Shown piece by piece: positions 9,529 through 18,236 of a stretch of DNA of 36,281 nt; the first letter of the stretch is position 1, and each line of letters opens with the position of its first letter. A model generated the notes under the pieces. It saw nothing but the letters and a program-made list of their open reading frames with translations, was not told where the DNA came from and ran no database searches. The DNA is taken from NCBI GenBank assembly GCA_050697615.1, contig JBOGZX010000481.1, positions 1 through 36,281 on the forward strand, given 5' to 3'. The DNA comes from Gaiellaceae bacterium (GTDB taxonomy: Bacteria > Actinomycetota > Thermoleophilia > Gaiellales > Gaiellaceae). Both the position numbers and the translations under genes were made by a program.

Positions 9529-11541
9529 CTACGCCGACCTGGGCAGGCGCGCGGCGAGTGCCGGCAGGACGCGGTCGATGAACAGGCGGGCGAGATCCGG
9601 GTCGAACTGGCTGCCGGCTGAGCGGTAAAGCTCGCCGCAGGCGTCCTCGGGGGTCCTCGATTGCTGGTACGGCCGGTTGGCCGTCATCGCGTCGTAGGCG
9701 TCGCAGATCGCGATCAGGCGCGCCTCGAGGGGAATCTGCTCCCCGACGAGGCCGTCCGGATAGCCGGTGCCGTCCCAGCGCTCGTGGGTGGAGCGGACGA
9801 TCTTCGCGACCTCTGCAAGGCCTTCCCCGGCTGCGATGATTCGCTCGCCGATCATGGTGTGCTTGCGAACGAGCTTCCATTCGGTCTCGTCGAGCGGCTC
9901 GGGCTTGGAGAGCAGCGTCTCGGGGAGAGCCAGCTTCCCGACGTCGTGGAGCTCGGCGGCGGCGCGTACGAGCTTCGCCTCCGCACCGTCGAGGCCGGCC
10001 TCGAGCGCGAGCATCGATGCGTAGTCGGCGACTGCGCTGGTGTGGTGGCCGAGGTTGCCGTCTCGTTCGGCGAGCGCCTGCAGGAGGACGTGACGGCTGT
10101 TTTGGCGACCCGACACGTTGGCCTTCTCGGCGTACATGCGCCTGTCGGCGAGCTGCAGAGCCTGGTTGGCGCTCTCGGTCTCGAGCGGGATCAGCGCATG
10201 CCCGCTCGAGCAGGTGATCGTGAAGCCCTCTCCGGACTCGCGCAGGCTCGCCGTCGCCGCTGCGCGCACCCACTCGAGATCGACGGAGTCTCCCGCCACG
10301 AGGATGCAGAACTCGTCGCCCCCGAGCCGGTACGCGCTGCCCCGTCCGCCGACCGATTGCCGGAGTCGCTGGCCGAGCCGACGGAGCAGTGCGTCGCCGA
10401 CGCTATGACCGAAGCTGTCGTTGTAGGCCTTGAAGCCGTCGAGGTCGAAGAGCAGGAGCAGGTGCGGAACGGCCGGCTGTGAGGACAGCTCGTCGAGGCG
10501 ACGCAGCAGGGCGCGCCGGTTGCTCAGCCCCGTGAGGGCATCGGTGAGCGACTCCGCCCGCGTGGTCTCCAGCAGCCGCAGGTGCTCGCCGAAGGTGAGC
10601 GCGAGCCGTGCAATCACCGCTGCCAGCCCCAGAACCGCGGCGACCAGAGCGATCGCGTTCACGCGCTGGAAGTGATCCCAGACCACGATCGTGAGGCAGA
10701 TCACCGACATCAGCACCGGAACGGCCAGCAGCACCCAGCCCTCCAGCCGGGCGGTGCGGGCGCGACCGCGGGGAGCACACGAGGCGGCCGCGATCAGCAC
10801 GAACGCCGCCGGCCAGCCGAGGTCGAGCAGGCTGCCGTAGTGGTAGGAGCCGTCGGCGATCTGTACCAGGTAGACGCTGTCGGCGATTGCGAAGAACCCG
10901 AGCGCGCCACCGACGAGAAGCCAGGTCCGGTCGAGCGACCAGCCAGAGAACGCGAACGCTGCCAACACCACCGCGAGCAGGAGCATGTCCCCCGCGGGAT
11001 ACGCGAGGTTCGTCGCCACCGCGGCCAATCCGCCGGTCGAGGTTCGCCAAACCTGATCGAGCACGACCTCGCCGGCGACCGCGCACACGGAGAGGCCGGC
11101 AATCAGACCATCCAGCCACACGCTCCCTGCGAAATGAACGACCCGCGATCGCACGAGCCGGCCGAGCCCGACGAAAGCGGGCAGATAGAAGCCCAGGTAA
11201 CCGGCATCCGCCAGCGACGGGAACGGCTGATGCACATCGTTCTGGAGCGCGAAGGTGTAGTAGACGTCGCCCGCGGTCCAGGACGCGACGGCCGCGCCGA
11301 TCAGAACCCAGGCCGCTCGATCTTCGGAATGACGAAGCCCGCGGATCATGCACGTGACGGCGGCAACCTCCCCGACCCCGTCATACAGCCAGTTCGTGAA
11401 CAGGCTGTTCACCCGGCTGCCGCCGAATCCCGTCTCCAGCTGCACGGCGACCAGCAGAAACAGCACGACGGCCGTCGCCAGCGCGACCAGAGGCCAACTC
11501 CGGAGCCGCAGCGTCGGTTTTCGGCGCAACGACACCCCCAC
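9529..11541 (-). CDS. Polytopic membrane sensor with GGDEF and HD-GYP domains
   Basis: This is the C-terminal two thirds of ORF 9529-12174. The part of that ORF upstream of about 11577 overlaps the DUF998 gene out of frame. Candidate starts are GTG 11541 (GGAG 7 nt upstream) and GTG 11577. The product has a multi-TM N-terminal domain, GGDEF (YRLGGDEFCILV, no RxxD) and HD-GYP (ELHDVGK...HERWDGTGYPDGL). Confidence 0.85.
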   Translation of the reverse strand: MGVSLRRKPTLRLRSWPLVALATAVVLFLLVAVQLETGFGGSRVNSLFTNWLYDGVGEVAAVTCMIRGLRHSEDRAAWVLIGAAVASWTAGDVYYTFALQNDVHQPFPSLADAGYLGFYLPAFVGLGRLVRSRVVHFAGSVWLDGLIAGLSVCAVAGEVVLDQVWRTSTGGLAAVATNLAYPAGDMLLLAVVLAAFAFSGWSLDRTWLLVGGALGFFAIADSVYLVQIADGSYHYGSLLDLGWPAAFVLIAAASCAPRGRARTARLEGWVLLAVPVLMSVICLTIVVWDHFQRVNAIALVAAVLGLAAVIARLALTFGEHLRLLETTRAESLTDALTGLSNRRALLRRLDELSSQPAVPHLLLLFDLDGFKAYNDSFGHSVGDALLRRLGQRLRQSVGGRGSAYRLGGDEFCILVAGDSVDLEWVRAAATASLRESGEGFTITCSSGHALIPLETESANQALQLADRRMYAEKANVSGRQNSRHVLLQALAERDGNLGHHTSAVADYASMLALEAGLDGAEAKLVRAAAELHDVGKLALPETLLSKPEPLDETEWKLVRKHTMIGERIIAAGEGLAEVAKIVRSTHERWDGTGYPDGLVGEQIPLEARLIAICDAYDAMTANRPYQQSRTPEDACGELYRSAGSQFDPDLARLFIDRVLPALAARLPRSA

Positions 11542-11704
11542 CGGCAGGCTCCGGCTCTTCTCCGCTCGAGCAGCCACTTCGCGAAGACCATCGGCACCCC
11601 TCGGATCCCTGGCCCTCCCCCGATCAGGGGACAGGGCGCTTCCTCGTGTCGGTCGCTGGATCAGAGGAAGGCGGATCTCGCCGACCCCGACGGTCGAGGC
11701 GGGA

Positions 11705-12391
11705 TCAGGATGACCGTGGGAGCACGTTGCCCGCCGGCCGCCCGTGCGTCGATTCGGCGGCTGCTTCCGCGCCGTGGGAGGCGGTGATCCAGGCGGCGGC
11801 GACGAGCAGCCATGCGAGCTCGACGGCGAGGAACAGCTTCTCGTAGAGGCCGCCGAGGGTGTGTGGGCGGAGGTGCGCATGACCAAGCAGGAGAACGGGG
11901 ACGAGTGCGCCCCAGGAGAGCACCGTGAGCGGGACGATGACGGGGCGCCAGTGTTGCTCGCGGCGGAGAGCGCGGGTGGCGAGCCGGGTGCCCAGGAGGA
12001 CGCAGACGAACGCGATGCCGGCCAGCGCCAGGTGCACCTCGGCGAGCCCGTGCGTCCGTGTTCCGACGGGATCGTCGGGGAAGAAGGCCAGCAGACCGGA
12101 GCAGATCGCCCAGACGGCGAGCAGCCCGAGCGCAGCGCGCAAGCGCGGCTGCCGGACGGTGACCGCGAGCGCACGGACGACGGCGAGACTGAGCAGGCAG
12201 CGCAGGACGAAGTTCAGATCCATCAGCCACGCGTAGCGGCCGTTGCTTCCGTAGTCGCTCTCGGCGTTGTGGAGGACGCTGAAGTGCGGTCGCAGGAACA
12301 CGAGCGCCACGTCGATCGCCACGTACGCGACGATGCCGACGAGGGCCGCGCGCGCCCAGGGCCCACCGTCGTCGCGAGCGTTCACGCTCAC
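11705..12391 (-). CDS. DUF998-family integral membrane protein
   Basis: ORF 11705-12391. The hydrophobic protein begins ...AYVAIDVALVFLRPHFSVLHNAESDYG..., which is typical of DUF998. Its GTG start overlaps the MarR stop (GTGA at 12388-12391). Confidence 0.7.
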   Translation of the reverse strand: MSVNARDDGGPWARAALVGIVAYVAIDVALVFLRPHFSVLHNAESDYGSNGRYAWLMDLNFVLRCLLSLAVVRALAVTVRQPRLRAALGLLAVWAICSGLLAFFPDDPVGTRTHGLAEVHLALAGIAFVCVLLGTRLATRALRREQHWRPVIVPLTVLSWGALVPVLLLGHAHLRPHTLGGLYEKLFLAVELAWLLVAAAWITASHGAEAAAESTHGRPAGNVLPRSS

Positions 12392-12843
12392 GACTCCGCT
12401 TCCAGCCGCTCGCGGATCTCGGTGAGGGCGACAAGCCCCGCCCGAAGACCTCTGAGGTCGGCTCGCGAGATCCTGCCGGCGAGCTCGGCGTCGACCAGCT
12501 CGACCGCCGCCCGCACCTCGACTGCCGCGGCGCGGCCGCGATCGGTCAGGTCGATCATCAGTCGCCGACGGTCGCCGGGATCTGTCCGTCGGTCGAGGTA
12601 GCCGCGCGCGACGAGCGTGTCGAGCAGCTGGCCGGTTGCCTGCTTGCTGATGCCGAGCTCGCGTACGAGCTGCCCGGCCGAGACGCCGCCGTTTGCCATC
12701 CCGCCCAGCACATAAGGGCCGTTGCGGGGAAGATCGTCGAACCCGGCGGTCGCGAGACGCTGTCGGATCACGTGCCCGTACGCACCCCGCGAGGCCCGCA
12801 GGAGCGCCGGGATCGGAACGTCCTCGACTGCATCGCCGGTCAT
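12388..12843 (-). CDS. MarR-family transcriptional regulator
   Basis: ATG at 12843 inside the spurious 562-aa ORF 12388-14076. The 151-aa product has a winged-helix core: VSAGQLVRELGISKQATGQLLDTLVARGYLDRRTDPGDRRRLMIDLTDRG. Confidence 0.9.
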   Translation of the reverse strand: MTGDAVEDVPIPALLRASRGAYGHVIRQRLATAGFDDLPRNGPYVLGGMANGGVSAGQLVRELGISKQATGQLLDTLVARGYLDRRTDPGDRRRLMIDLTDRGRAAAVEVRAAVELVDAELAGRISRADLRGLRAGLVALTEIRERLEAES

Positions 12844-12849
12844 CCTCTG

Positions 12850-12889
12850 ATAGTGCCCCGACTCTTCCAAAATGTCAAGTAAGTTGACA
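12850..12889 (-). promoter_or_regulatory. Candidate MarR promoter with overlapping palindromic operator
   Basis: On the minus strand, TTGACA (12878-12873), a 17-nt spacer, CACTAT (12855-12850), then 6 nt to the MarR ATG, which gives leaderless-type spacing. The palindrome TGTCAA-GTAAG-TTGACA (12873-12889) overlaps the -35. Confidence 0.4.
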
Positions 12890-12992
12890 GTCAAGCATGT
12901 TTCGGGCGGGCGACGGTGAGCAGCCGCTCGGTGCCGCAACCGACGCGCGGGGTCATCGGCCTCCCGTCCGAATCGCTCCACCGGGCCGGCGC

Positions 12993-13712
12993 TCACCAGG
13001 GCACCGCGGCGCCGTCCCACGAGAAGAATCCGCCGGTGGGTCCGTCGTCGGGCAGGAGCGCCAACCGGACGGCTCCGGACGCTGCTTCCGCGGGATCGCC
13101 GCCGCCGGCCGCGGCGAATGCGTTGAGATCGGTGGCGCGCAGCCCGGGCGCGAGCGCGTTCACCTTCACCCGGCCTCGGCGAGCTCGAGGGCGTAGAAGA
13201 CGGTGAGTGCGTTGAGTGCCGTCTTCGACGACCGGTACGCCGGCGACGGCGCCGGACCCGGATCTGCACTGCGGGTTTGGGCCGGTGCTCCACGCGAGCG
13301 AGCCGGTGCCGCTGGAGACGTTGACGATCCGGGGGCTGGCCGAACGCCGCAGCAGAGGGAGGAACGCGTTGATGACGGCGGCGACACCGAACACGTTCGT
13401 CTCGTAGGTGCGGCGGAACGTCTCGACGTCGGTGCCGCCGGGCGCCGAGGCGGTGTCGAGCGAGATCCCGGCGTTGTTGACCAGGATGTCGAGTGTCTCG
13501 ACCCGCCGCGCGGCGTCGGCGATGCTGTCGGCGTCGGTGACGTCGAGAACGAGCAGCCGAGCCCCGACCCCGATCTCGTCGACGGCCCGCTGTCCGCGGT
13601 CCGGGTCGCGGGAGCCGACGTGGACGCTCACCCCTGCGGCCGCGAGCTGTGCGGCGATCTGCTTGCCGATGCCCTTGTCGGCGCCGGTGACCAGTGCGGT
13701 CGAATCGCACAT
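12993..13712 (-). CDS. Classical short-chain dehydrogenase/reductase whose catalytic YxxxK segment is out of frame (possible pseudogene or indel errors)
   Basis: ORF 12993-13712 carries TGADKGIG, NNAG, NVSS and a C-terminal VKVNALAPGLRATDL. The segment between them reads as nonsense (CRSGSGAVAGVPVVEDGTQRTHRLLRPRARRGR). The expected PAYRSSKTALNALTVFYALELAEAG is encoded in the +1 frame (ORF 13166-13387). Confidence 0.8.
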   Translation of the reverse strand: MCDSTALVTGADKGIGKQIAAQLAAAGVSVHVGSRDPDRGQRAVDEIGVGARLLVLDVTDADSIADAARRVETLDILVNNAGISLDTASAPGGTDVETFRRTYETNVFGVAAVINAFLPLLRRSASPRIVNVSSGTGSLAWSTGPNPQCRSGSGAVAGVPVVEDGTQRTHRLLRPRARRGRVKVNALAPGLRATDLNAFAAAGGGDPAEAASGAVRLALLPDDGPTGGFFSWDGAAVPW

Positions 13713-13727
13713 GGTTCTCCTTTCTCG

Positions 13728-14654
13728 TCAGTGGGTGGCGGCGGTGGAGGCCGACCTGGTCGGTGAGTACGCGCCGGCGTCGATCTCCTCGATCAGGGTC
13801 GGTCCGGTGGGCGTCCAGCCGAGGAGCTCCCGCGTCGCGGTGCTGGTCGCCGGGTAGTCGCCGGCGAAGAAGGCGCCGATCCAGCCGAAGTGGTCCTCGA
13901 CGTCCTCGGGATCGATCGAGGTGACGGTCAGGTCGAGCGCCCGGCCGATCGCCTCCGCGATCCCGCGGGTGGGGATGCCCTCTTCTGCGACGGCATGCAG
14001 GCGGGCGCCGGCAGGTGCCTGCTCGAGGCCGAGGGCGACGAGGCGGCCGGCGTCGGATCGATGCACGGCGGCCCACCGGTTGGTCCCGTCACCGGCGTAG
14101 CCCGAGACGCCGCGCTCGCGGGCGATGCCGGCGAGCGCCGCGATGAAACCGTGGTCGCCGGCGCCGTGCACCGTCGGCGCGAAGCGCAGGCTCACGCTGT
14201 GCACGCCCTGGCCCACGAACTCGAACGCCAGGTTCTCGGCGCCTCCACGCGGGGAGCTCGGGCCGTAGGCCGTGGACGTATCGTCCTCGGTGGCAGGCCG
14301 GCCCTGGGCGAGGCCGGCGACACCCGCTGCTAGCAGGAATGGCCGGCCACTGCCGACGAGTGCGTCGCCGATCGTCTGGACGGCGGCTCGCTCGGCCGCG
14401 TTCGAGGCGGCCGGGTTGGAGAAGTCGTGCTTGTTCGCGAGATGGATGACGGCGTCGCCGTCCTCGGCGCCGGCGCGGATGCTGTCGAGCTCGTCGAGGC
14501 TGCCGCGGCGCACCCCGGCGCCGGCAACGGCGAGGGCGGCGGCAGCGGCGTCCGAGCGTGCAAGGCCGACGACCTGGTGGCCGGCGCCGAGCAGCTCCGG
14601 GACGACGGCCGAGCCGATCCAGCCCGATGCTCCGGTAACGAAGACGCGCATCAT
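13728..14654 (-). CDS. NAD(P)-binding SDR-superfamily protein (NmrA/atypical epimerase-like)
   Basis: ATG at 14654 preceded by the SD AAGGGAG. The N-terminus MMRVFVTGASGWIGSAVVPELLGAGHQV is a Rossmann fold. ORF 13728-14891 extends further upstream but has no support there. Confidence 0.85.
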   Translation of the reverse strand: MMRVFVTGASGWIGSAVVPELLGAGHQVVGLARSDAAAAALAVAGAGVRRGSLDELDSIRAGAEDGDAVIHLANKHDFSNPAASNAAERAAVQTIGDALVGSGRPFLLAAGVAGLAQGRPATEDDTSTAYGPSSPRGGAENLAFEFVGQGVHSVSLRFAPTVHGAGDHGFIAALAGIARERGVSGYAGDGTNRWAAVHRSDAGRLVALGLEQAPAGARLHAVAEEGIPTRGIAEAIGRALDLTVTSIDPEDVEDHFGWIGAFFAGDYPATSTATRELLGWTPTGPTLIEEIDAGAYSPTRSASTAATH

Positions 14655-14672
14655 GACTCCCTTCGTTGTGAT

Positions 14673-14718
14673 GTCAGTAACTGACGTCAAGTGTAACCGC
14701 AACATGACAGTCACTGTC
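14673..14718. promoter_or_regulatory. Two 13-bp perfect palindromes in the divergent reductase/TetR intergenic region (TetR operator candidates)
   Basis: GTCAGT-A-ACTGAC at 14673-14685 and GACAGT-C-ACTGTC at 14706-14718. Both lie in the 96-bp gap between the divergent starts at 14654 and 14751. TACCAT (14738-14743) lies 7 nt before the TetR ATG, which gives leaderless-type spacing. Confidence 0.45.
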
Positions 14719-14750
14719 GTCATAACGATCCGGGCAGTACCATCCCGGCA

Positions 14751-15317
14751 ATGGGCCGTTGGGAACCGAACGCGCGCGGCCGCCTGGAGCAGGCGGCGCT
14801 GGAGCTCTACGGCGAGCGGGGCTTCGACCAGACCACCGTGGCGGAGATCGCCGCGCGTGCAGGACTGACGGAGCGAACCTTCTTCCGGCATTACGCCGAC
14901 AAGCGCGAGGTGCTCTTCGGCGGCGGCGAGACGATGACGGAGCTGCTGGTCTCGGCCGTCGCGGACGCGCCCGACTCGGCCGGACCGCTCGACACGGTCG
15001 CCTCCGCGCTCGAGCGAGTCGGCGCCCTCATCCAGGAGTCCCGCGGCGGCGAGTTCGCACGTGCCCGGCGAAGCGTCGTCGCGGCGAACCCGGAGCTTCA
15101 GGAGCGCGAGCTGAGCAAGCTCGCCTCGTGGGCCGACACGCTCGCCGGTGCGCTCCGCGACCGTGGCGGCGACGACGCGGCGTCGACCCTCGCCGCCGAG
15201 ACCGGGATCGCCCTCTTCCGGGTCGCGTTCGACCGCTGGGTCAGCGGCGGCAACGACCGCGACCTACCGGCGCTGATCCGCGAGTCGCTCGGCGAGTTGA
15301 GAGCGCTCACCTCGTGA
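14751..15317 (+). CDS. TetR/AcrR-family transcriptional regulator
   Basis: ORF 14751-15317. The N-terminal HTH is RLEQAALELYGERGFDQTTVAEIAARAGLTERTFFRHYADKREVLF. Confidence 0.9.
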   Translation: MGRWEPNARGRLEQAALELYGERGFDQTTVAEIAARAGLTERTFFRHYADKREVLFGGGETMTELLVSAVADAPDSAGPLDTVASALERVGALIQESRGGEFARARRSVVAANPELQERELSKLASWADTLAGALRDRGGDDAASTLAAETGIALFRVAFDRWVSGGNDRDLPALIRESLGELRALTS

Positions 15318-15447
15318 CCGCCCGCACAGATCGGTGGACCCAGGTCGGGCACGCATTCCTTCGCGGCCGACGAGGCCACGCCCGCGCCCTCGGCTCACCG
15401 CTGTTGACCGCGCCGGAAGTACGGTGTGAAAGCGACCTACAAGGGAC

Positions 15448-16050
15448 ATGAGTCAGTTCTTGATGGGCAACTCGTGCTCGAACGGCCGTGTCGGCCGGGT
15501 CACCGTTGGACCGGAGGTGGTGCGGGCGCGGAGGCCCGAGAGGTCGCTGCGCCGGTGGCCGTGCTTGCTTGCGCAGCACGATGGGTCGGGGCGGCCGGTC
15601 GCGCTCGGTGCCGCTGCTGGAGATTCGCCGGTCGGCCGGCGAGTGTTGGTCGTCGACGACGAAGCGTCGGTGCGGATGCTCTGCTGCTTCAACCTGCTTG
15701 CGGTGGGGTTCGACGTGCGCGAGGCAGTCGACGGGCGGGAGGCGCTTGCACTGATCGCGGAGGAGATTCCCGACCTCGTCCTGCTCGACGTGATGATGCC
15801 GGCGATCGACGGCTGGGACGTTGCGCGCGAGCTGCAGCGTGACGCGCGCACCCGCGACCTGCCGATCGTGTTCCTGACTGCGCGCGCCGAGCCGGCGGAC
15901 CGTCAGCGCGCCGCCGACCTCGGGGCGGTCGGCTACGTGTCGAAGCCTTTCGACCCGATCGAGTTGCCGGCGACGGTCGAGAAAACCCTGGAGCAGGTCG
16001 CGCGCGGTGAGCACGTCGCTCTCCGGCGGGCGGTCAGGGAGGCCCGGTGA
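15448..16050 (+). CDS. Single-domain response-regulator receiver (CheY-like) with an N-terminal extension of about 65 aa
   Basis: ORF 15448-16050. The receiver signature is complete: VLVVDDE, DLVLLDVMMPAIDG, FLTAR, SKPF. An alternative start at GTG 15643 would remove the extension. The extension keeps high third-position GC, so I kept the long form. Confidence 0.8.
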   Translation: MSQFLMGNSCSNGRVGRVTVGPEVVRARRPERSLRRWPCLLAQHDGSGRPVALGAAAGDSPVGRRVLVVDDEASVRMLCCFNLLAVGFDVREAVDGREALALIAEEIPDLVLLDVMMPAIDGWDVARELQRDARTRDLPIVFLTARAEPADRQRAADLGAVGYVSKPFDPIELPATVEKTLEQVARGEHVALRRAVREAR

Positions 16051-18167
16051 CGGCTGAGCGTGAGACCGAGGCGATCGCGGCGGCGCCGGAGCCGCTGCCG
16101 TGGGCGCAGAAGTTCCAGCGGCTCGCCGTCGAGCTCGTCGAAGCACACGACCCGCGCGACGTACTGGATGTCGTCGTTGCCTTCGGCGTCACCGTCGCGG
16201 ACGCTCGCGCCGGTGCGATCGCGTTGCTCGATCCCACCGGCGAGCGCCTCGACCTGGCCGCCTCGCAGAGGCTCCCCGACTACCTCGCGCGCGACTGGGA
16301 GAGCATTCGCCTTCGAGACGACGCACCCCTCGCGCGTGCCGTCCGGCACGGCGAGCCGCTCTTCATCGGCTCCCGCGCCGAGTACGACGAGCTCTTTCCG
16401 GCGCTCCGCGGCGAGCGCAGCCCCGCCGCGCTCGTCTGTCTGCCGCTGACCGTCGAGGATCGGACGCTCGGGGGCCTCACGCTCGCGTTCGACAACGAGC
16501 AGAACTTCGACGAGGAACGGCGCAAGTTCAAGCTCGCAGTTGCTCGACAGGCTGCCTACTCGCTGGAGCGGGCGCGCTTGCTGGAGACCGAGCAGCGCCT
16601 GCGCGAGCGGGCGAGCTTTCTCGCCACGGCAGGCGAGCTGCTCGCTTCGTCGCAGGACTACCAGCAGACGCTCGCGCAGGTCGCGCAGCTCGCGGTGCCC
16701 CAGCTCGCGGACTGGTCTGCGGTCGACATGCTGAGCGAAGACGGCACGAGGATCGAGCGGCTCGCGGTCGCCCACATCGACCCGGCCATGGTCGGCTACG
16801 CGCACGACCTCGGCGAGCGGAACGCACGGCGGCTCGACGGAGGCTACGGCAGCGCGAAGGCGATACGCTCGAGCGAGCCGGAGCTCGTCGCTGAGATCAC
16901 GGAGGAGTGGCTCGTCGAGGCGAGCAACGGCGACGAAGCGCAGCTCGAGATCGTTCGCCGACTCGAGCCCGGCTCGACGATTGTCGTGCCGCTCGTCGCC
17001 CGCGACCGGCCGCTCGGCGCGCTGACGCTGACCCGGGCGGCGGGCGGCCCCCGGTACATCGACGAGGATCTCGATCTGGCCGTCGACCTGTCGCGACGAG
17101 CCGCGATGGCGATCGAGATCGCGCTCCTCTTCCGCGAGACGCAGCGTCAGGCGGAGGCGGCGCGGGCGCTCGCGCATACCGCCGAAGCGGTGCTCCTCCT
17201 CGACCTCGACGGGAGGGTTCGTTACTGGAACTCTGCGGCGGAACGGCTCTTCGGCGTGCGTGCCGAGGCGGTGCTCGGGAAGCAGGCCGCCGACGGAGTT
17301 CCACACTGGGAAGATGTGGCCGAGCACGCGATGGCCGAGTCGGACGCGACCTCCGTCCCGACGACCGTGCCGATCAGCACTCCACTCGGCGAACGTTGGT
17401 GCTCGGTGGTTGCGATCACGTTCGAGGACGGGTGCGTCTACAGCCTGCGAGACGTCAGTCCGGAGCACGAGCTCGAGCGGACACGCTCAGATTTCATCGC
17501 AACCGCTTCACACGAGCTCCGGACTCCGGTCACGGCGATCTACGGTGCCATCCGGACCCTTCGACGTTCGAACGCCGAGATCCGAGACGATCAGCGCGAG
17601 CTGTTCCTGGAAATGATCGAGCGCGAATCGGAGCGGTTGAGGACGATCACCAATCAGCTGCTGGTCGCCGGACGTCTCGATGCTACTCGACTCGAGCTGG
17701 CCGTCCGCCCGGTGGATGTCGCGTCGCTGGTCCATCAGGCGGTCGAGCCGGTGCGGCTGGCCGCGCCCGAGAAGATCGCCTTCGAGGTGACCACCTGCGA
17801 GGAGCCGCTGTCGGCGCGGGCCGACGAAGACCTGCTCCGGCAGGTACTCGCGAACCTCCTTGACAATGCCGTCAAGTATTCCCCCGACGGCGGCACGGTC
17901 GCTGTGCAGTCGCGGAACGCCGAGCCCTTCGTCGAGATCACGGTGGCCGATCAGGGGATCGGGATCCCTTCGAAGGCGCAGCGGCGCGTCTTCGAGAAGT
18001 TCTTTCGTGCGGATCCGAACCTCAGCCGCGGCGTCGGCGGAACCGGCCTCGGTCTCTACATCGCCAAGGAGCTCGTCGACAGGATGGACGGAGAGCTCAC
18101 GTTCAGCTCGTCGCCGACTCGCGGAACGACGTTCGTCGTGCGGCTGCCGCGCGCCGACGCCGACTAG
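16047..18167 (+). CDS. Cytoplasmic sensor histidine kinase, GAF-GAF-PAS-HisKA-HATPase_c
   Basis: The GTG at 16047 overlaps the receiver stop (GTGA). There are no TM segments. Two GAF-like blocks are followed by a PAS-like block (GRVRYWNSAAERLFG). The H-box is SHELRTPVTAI, and N/G boxes are present (LDNAVKYSP, DQGIGIP, GTGLGLYIAKELV). Confidence 0.9.
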   Translation: MTAERETEAIAAAPEPLPWAQKFQRLAVELVEAHDPRDVLDVVVAFGVTVADARAGAIALLDPTGERLDLAASQRLPDYLARDWESIRLRDDAPLARAVRHGEPLFIGSRAEYDELFPALRGERSPAALVCLPLTVEDRTLGGLTLAFDNEQNFDEERRKFKLAVARQAAYSLERARLLETEQRLRERASFLATAGELLASSQDYQQTLAQVAQLAVPQLADWSAVDMLSEDGTRIERLAVAHIDPAMVGYAHDLGERNARRLDGGYGSAKAIRSSEPELVAEITEEWLVEASNGDEAQLEIVRRLEPGSTIVVPLVARDRPLGALTLTRAAGGPRYIDEDLDLAVDLSRRAAMAIEIALLFRETQRQAEAARALAHTAEAVLLLDLDGRVRYWNSAAERLFGVRAEAVLGKQAADGVPHWEDVAEHAMAESDATSVPTTVPISTPLGERWCSVVAITFEDGCVYSLRDVSPEHELERTRSDFIATASHELRTPVTAIYGAIRTLRRSNAEIRDDQRELFLEMIERESERLRTITNQLLVAGRLDATRLELAVRPVDVASLVHQAVEPVRLAAPEKIAFEVTTCEEPLSARADEDLLRQVLANLLDNAVKYSPDGGTVAVQSRNAEPFVEITVADQGIGIPSKAQRRVFEKFFRADPNLSRGVGGTGLGLYIAKELVDRMDGELTFSSSPTRGTTFVVRLPRADAD

Positions 18168-18236
18168 ATCGAAGGCGGCGCGGTTCGGGCTGTCTGCGTT
18201 TGCGCTCCGCCGCGGCGGGGGTACGGGCGAGGCGGG

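Noticed and set aside
14717-14724. TATGACGA on the minus strand in the TetR intergenic region, considered as a possible fourth copy of the island motif.
   Set aside because: Only an 8-mer is shared, and the flanks differ (GTTATGACGAC rather than ACGTATGACGA). It forms part of the local TetR palindrome instead, so I did not count it as the same operator.
15318-15447. A TTGACC hexamer (about 15404) upstream of the receiver gene, considered as a -35 element.
   Set aside because: No TAnnnT hexamer lies at 16-19 nt spacing from it, so I could not support a promoter call.
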